In this document: piece by piece, positions 54,101 to 57,167 of the stretch
How the letters are laid out: each line of letters opens with the position of its first letter
How positions within the stretch are numbered: the stretch's first letter is position 1
From: Nemertoderma westbladi
Lineage: Eukaryota; Animalia; Xenacoelomorpha
Assembly (NCBI GenBank): GCA_032718475.1
Contig: JAUCBJ010004916.1
Span: 1-57,167 of the forward strand
Direction: 5' to 3'
Length of the DNA stretch: 57,167 nucleotides
Notes under the pieces: model-generated
What the model was told of the DNA's origin: nothing
The model's input: only the letters and a program-made list of their open reading frames with translations
Database searches by the model: none
Made by a program: the position numbers and the translations under genes

Positions 54101-57100
54101 CCTTAACAAACTGTCTAAACCTTGGGTAAAATTTGAGTTGTCCTTAACAAACTGTCTAAACCTAGGGTAAAATTTGGGTTGTCCTTAACAAACTTTTTAA
54201 ACCTTGGGGAAAATTTGGGTTGTCCTTAACAAACTTTTTAAACCTTGGGGAAAATTTGGGTTGTCCTTAACAAATTGTCTAAACCTAGGGTAAAATTTGG
54301 GTTGTCCTTAACAAACTGTCTAAACCTTGGGTAAAATTTGAGTTGTCCTTAACAAACTGTCTAAACCTAGGGTAAAATTTGGGTTGTCCTTAACAAACTG
54401 TCTAAATCTTGGGTAAAATTTGGGTTGTCTTTAACAAACTGTCTAAACCTTTGGTAAAATTTGGGTTGTCCTTAACAAACTGTCTAAACCTAGGGTAAAA
54501 TTTGAGTTGTCCTTAACAAACTGTCTAAACCTTGGGTAAAATTTGAGTTGTCCTTAACAAACTGTCTAAACCTAGGGTAAAATTTGGGTTGTCCTTAACA
54601 AACTTTTTAAACCTTGGGGAAAATTTGGGTTGTCCTTAACAAATTGTCTAAACCTAGGGTAAAATTTGGGTTGTCCATAACAAACTGTCTAAACCTTGGG
54701 TAAAATTTGGGTTGTCCTTAACAAACTGTCTAAACCTTGGGTAAAATTTGGGTTGTCCTTAACAAACTTTTTAAACCTTGGGGAAAATTTGGGTTGTCCT
54801 TAACAAATTGTCTAAACCTAGGGTAAAATTTGGGTTGTCCTTAACAAACTGTCTAAACCTTGGGTAAAATTTGGGTTGTCCTTAACAAACTGTCTAAACC
54901 TTGGGTAAAATTTGGGTTGTCCTTAACAAATTGTCTAAACCTAGGGTAAAATTTGGGTTGTCCTTAACAAACTGTCTAAACCTTGGGTAAAATTTGGGTT
55001 GTTCTTAACAAATTGTCTAAACCTAGGGTAAAATTTGGGTTGTCCTTAACAAACTGTCTAAACCTTGGGTAAAATTTGGGTTGTCCTTAACAAACTGTCT
55101 AAACCTTGGGTAAAATTTGGGTTGTCCTTAACAAACTGTCTAAACCTAGGGTAAAATTTGGGTTGTCCTTAACAAACTGTCTAAACCTTGGGTAAAATTT
55201 GGGTTGTCCTTAACAAACTGTCTAAACCTTGGGTAAAATTTGGGTTGTCCTTAACAAACTGTCTAAACCTTGGGTAAAATTTGGGTTATCCTTAACAAAC
55301 TGTCTAAACCTTGGGTAAAATTTGGGTTGTCCTTAGCAAACTGTCTAAACCTTGGGGAAAATTTGAGTTGTCCTTAACAAACTGTCTAAACCTTTGGTAA
55401 AATTTGGGTTGTCCTTAACAAACTGTCTAAACCTAGGGGAAATTTTGGGTTGTCCTTAACAAACTGTCTAAACCTAGGGCAAATTTTGGGTTGTCCTTAA
55501 CAAACTGTCTAAACCTTGGGTAAAATTTGGGTTGTCCATAACAAACTGTCTAAACCTTGGGTAAAATTTGGGTTGTCCTTAACAAACTGTCTAAACCTTG
55601 GGGAAAATTTGAGTTGTCCTTAACAAACTGTCTAAACCTTTGGTAAAATTTGGGTTGTCCTTAACAAACTGTCTAAACCTAGGGGAAATTTTGGGTTGTC
55701 CTTAACAAACTGTCTAAACCTTGGGTAAAATTTGGGTTGTCCTTAACATACTGTCTAAACCTTGGGTAAAATTTGAGTTGTCCTTAACAAACTGTCTAAA
55801 CCTTTGGTAAAATTTGGGTTGTCCTTAACAAACTGTCTAAACCTAGGGGAAATTTTGGGTTGTCCTTAACAAACTGTCTAAACCTTGGGTAAAATTTGGG
55901 TTGTCCTTAATAAACTGTCTAAACCTAGGGGAAATTTTGGGTTGTCCTTAACAAACTGTCTAAACCTAGGGTAAATTTTGGGTTGTCCTTAACAAACTGT
56001 CTAAACCTTGGGTAAAATTTGGGTTGTCCATAACAAACTGTGTAAACCTAGGGGAAATTTTGGGTTGTCCTTAACAAACTGTCTAAACCTTGGGTAAAAT
56101 TTGGGTTGTCCTTAACAAACTGTCTAAACCTAGGGGAAATTTTGGGTTGTCCTTAACAAACTGTCTAAACCTAGGGGAAATTTTGGGTTGGTCCTTAACA
56201 AACTGTCTAAACCTTGGATAAAATTTGGGTTGTCCTTAACAAACTCTCTAAACCTTGGGTAAAATTTGGGTTGTCCATAACAAACTGTGTAAACCTAGGG
56301 GAAATTTTGGGTTGTCCTTAACAAACTGTCTAAACCTTGGGTAAAATTTGGGTTGTCCTTAACAAACTGTCTAAACCTAGGGGAAATTTTGGGTTGTCCT
56401 TAACAAACTGTCTAAACCTAGGGGAAATTTTGGGTTGGTCCTTAACAAACTGTCTAAACCTTGGATAAAATTTGGGTTGTCCTTAACAAACTGTCTAAAC
56501 CTTGGGTAAAATTTGGGTTGTCCTTAACAAACTGTCTAAACCTAGGGGAAATTTTGGGTTGTCCTTAACAAACTGTCTAAACCATGGGTAAAATTTGGGT
56601 GGTCCTTAACAAACTGTCTAAACCTTGGGTAAAATTTGGGTTGTCCTTAAGAAATTGTCTAAACCTAGGGTAAAATTTGGGTTGTCCTTAACAAACTGTC
56701 TAAACCTTGGGTAAAATTTGGGTTGTCCTTAACAAACTGTCTAAACCTTGGGTAAAATTTGGGTTGTCCTTAACAAACTGTCTAAACCTTGGGTAAAATT
56801 TGGGTTGTCCTTAACAAACTGTCTAAACCTTGGGTAAAATTTGGGTTGTCCTTAACAAACTGTCTAAACCTTGGGTAAAATTTGGGTTGTCCTTAACAAA
56901 CTGTCTAAACCTTGGGGAAAATTTGAGTTGTCCTTAACAAACTGTCTAAACCTAGGGTAAAATTTGGGTTGTCCTTAACAAACTGTCTAAACCTAGGGGA
57001 AATTTTGGGTTGTCCTTAACAAACTGTCTAAACCTAGGGTAAATTTTGGGTTGTCCTTAACAAACTGTCTAAACCTTGGGTAAAATTTGGGTTGTCCATA

Positions 57101-57167
57101 ACAAACTGTGTAAACCTAGGGGAAATTTTAGGTTGTCCTTAACAAACTGTCTAAACCTTGGATAAAA
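42140..57167 (+). repeat. 41-bp satellite (aaaccttgggtaaaatttgggttgtccttaacaaactgtct), >15 kb, ~365 copies, apparently intronic in KAT6
   Basis: Highly homogeneous array running to the window end; begins ~76 nt after the donor at 42064. Confidence 0.98.

Noticed and set aside
42140-57167. Telomeric or G-quadruplex function of the 41-mer
   Set aside because: No (TTAGGG)n runs; the GGG tracts are separated by 8- and 27-nt loops, a weak G4 pattern.

Overview
AT-rich animal (invertebrate-like) genomic DNA with spliceosomal GT-AG introns. The backbone is a + strand KAT6A/B (MOZ/MORF/enok-type) MYST acetyltransferase gene, which is open at both window ends. Eight exons join in frame from 2256 to 42063 (PHD2, CCHHC-like finger, complete MYST domain), and there is a candidate 24-nt microexon. 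Its introns hold two complete antisense genes, CCT8 (2 exons) and CEP83 (2 exons). The CEP83 intron in turn holds an intronless + strand Ly6/uPAR-like, probably GPI-anchored gene, giving three levels of nesting. Six unrelated tandem arrays (21, 22, 25, ~31, 31 and 41 bp units, the last >15 kb) each start or end at a splice site. One of them is a ~32-fold tandem amplification of the exon/donor junction of the catalytic exon. The 25-bp array is split by two related hairpin-ended ~2.2 kb elements inserted at the same GTT of the repeat unit. LINE relics (RTE, RTEX-like, L2/CR1-like), hAT, Harbinger and Sola2-like non-autonomous elements and a possible SINE fill the rest. Gene identities rest on recognised motifs, not on database searches.
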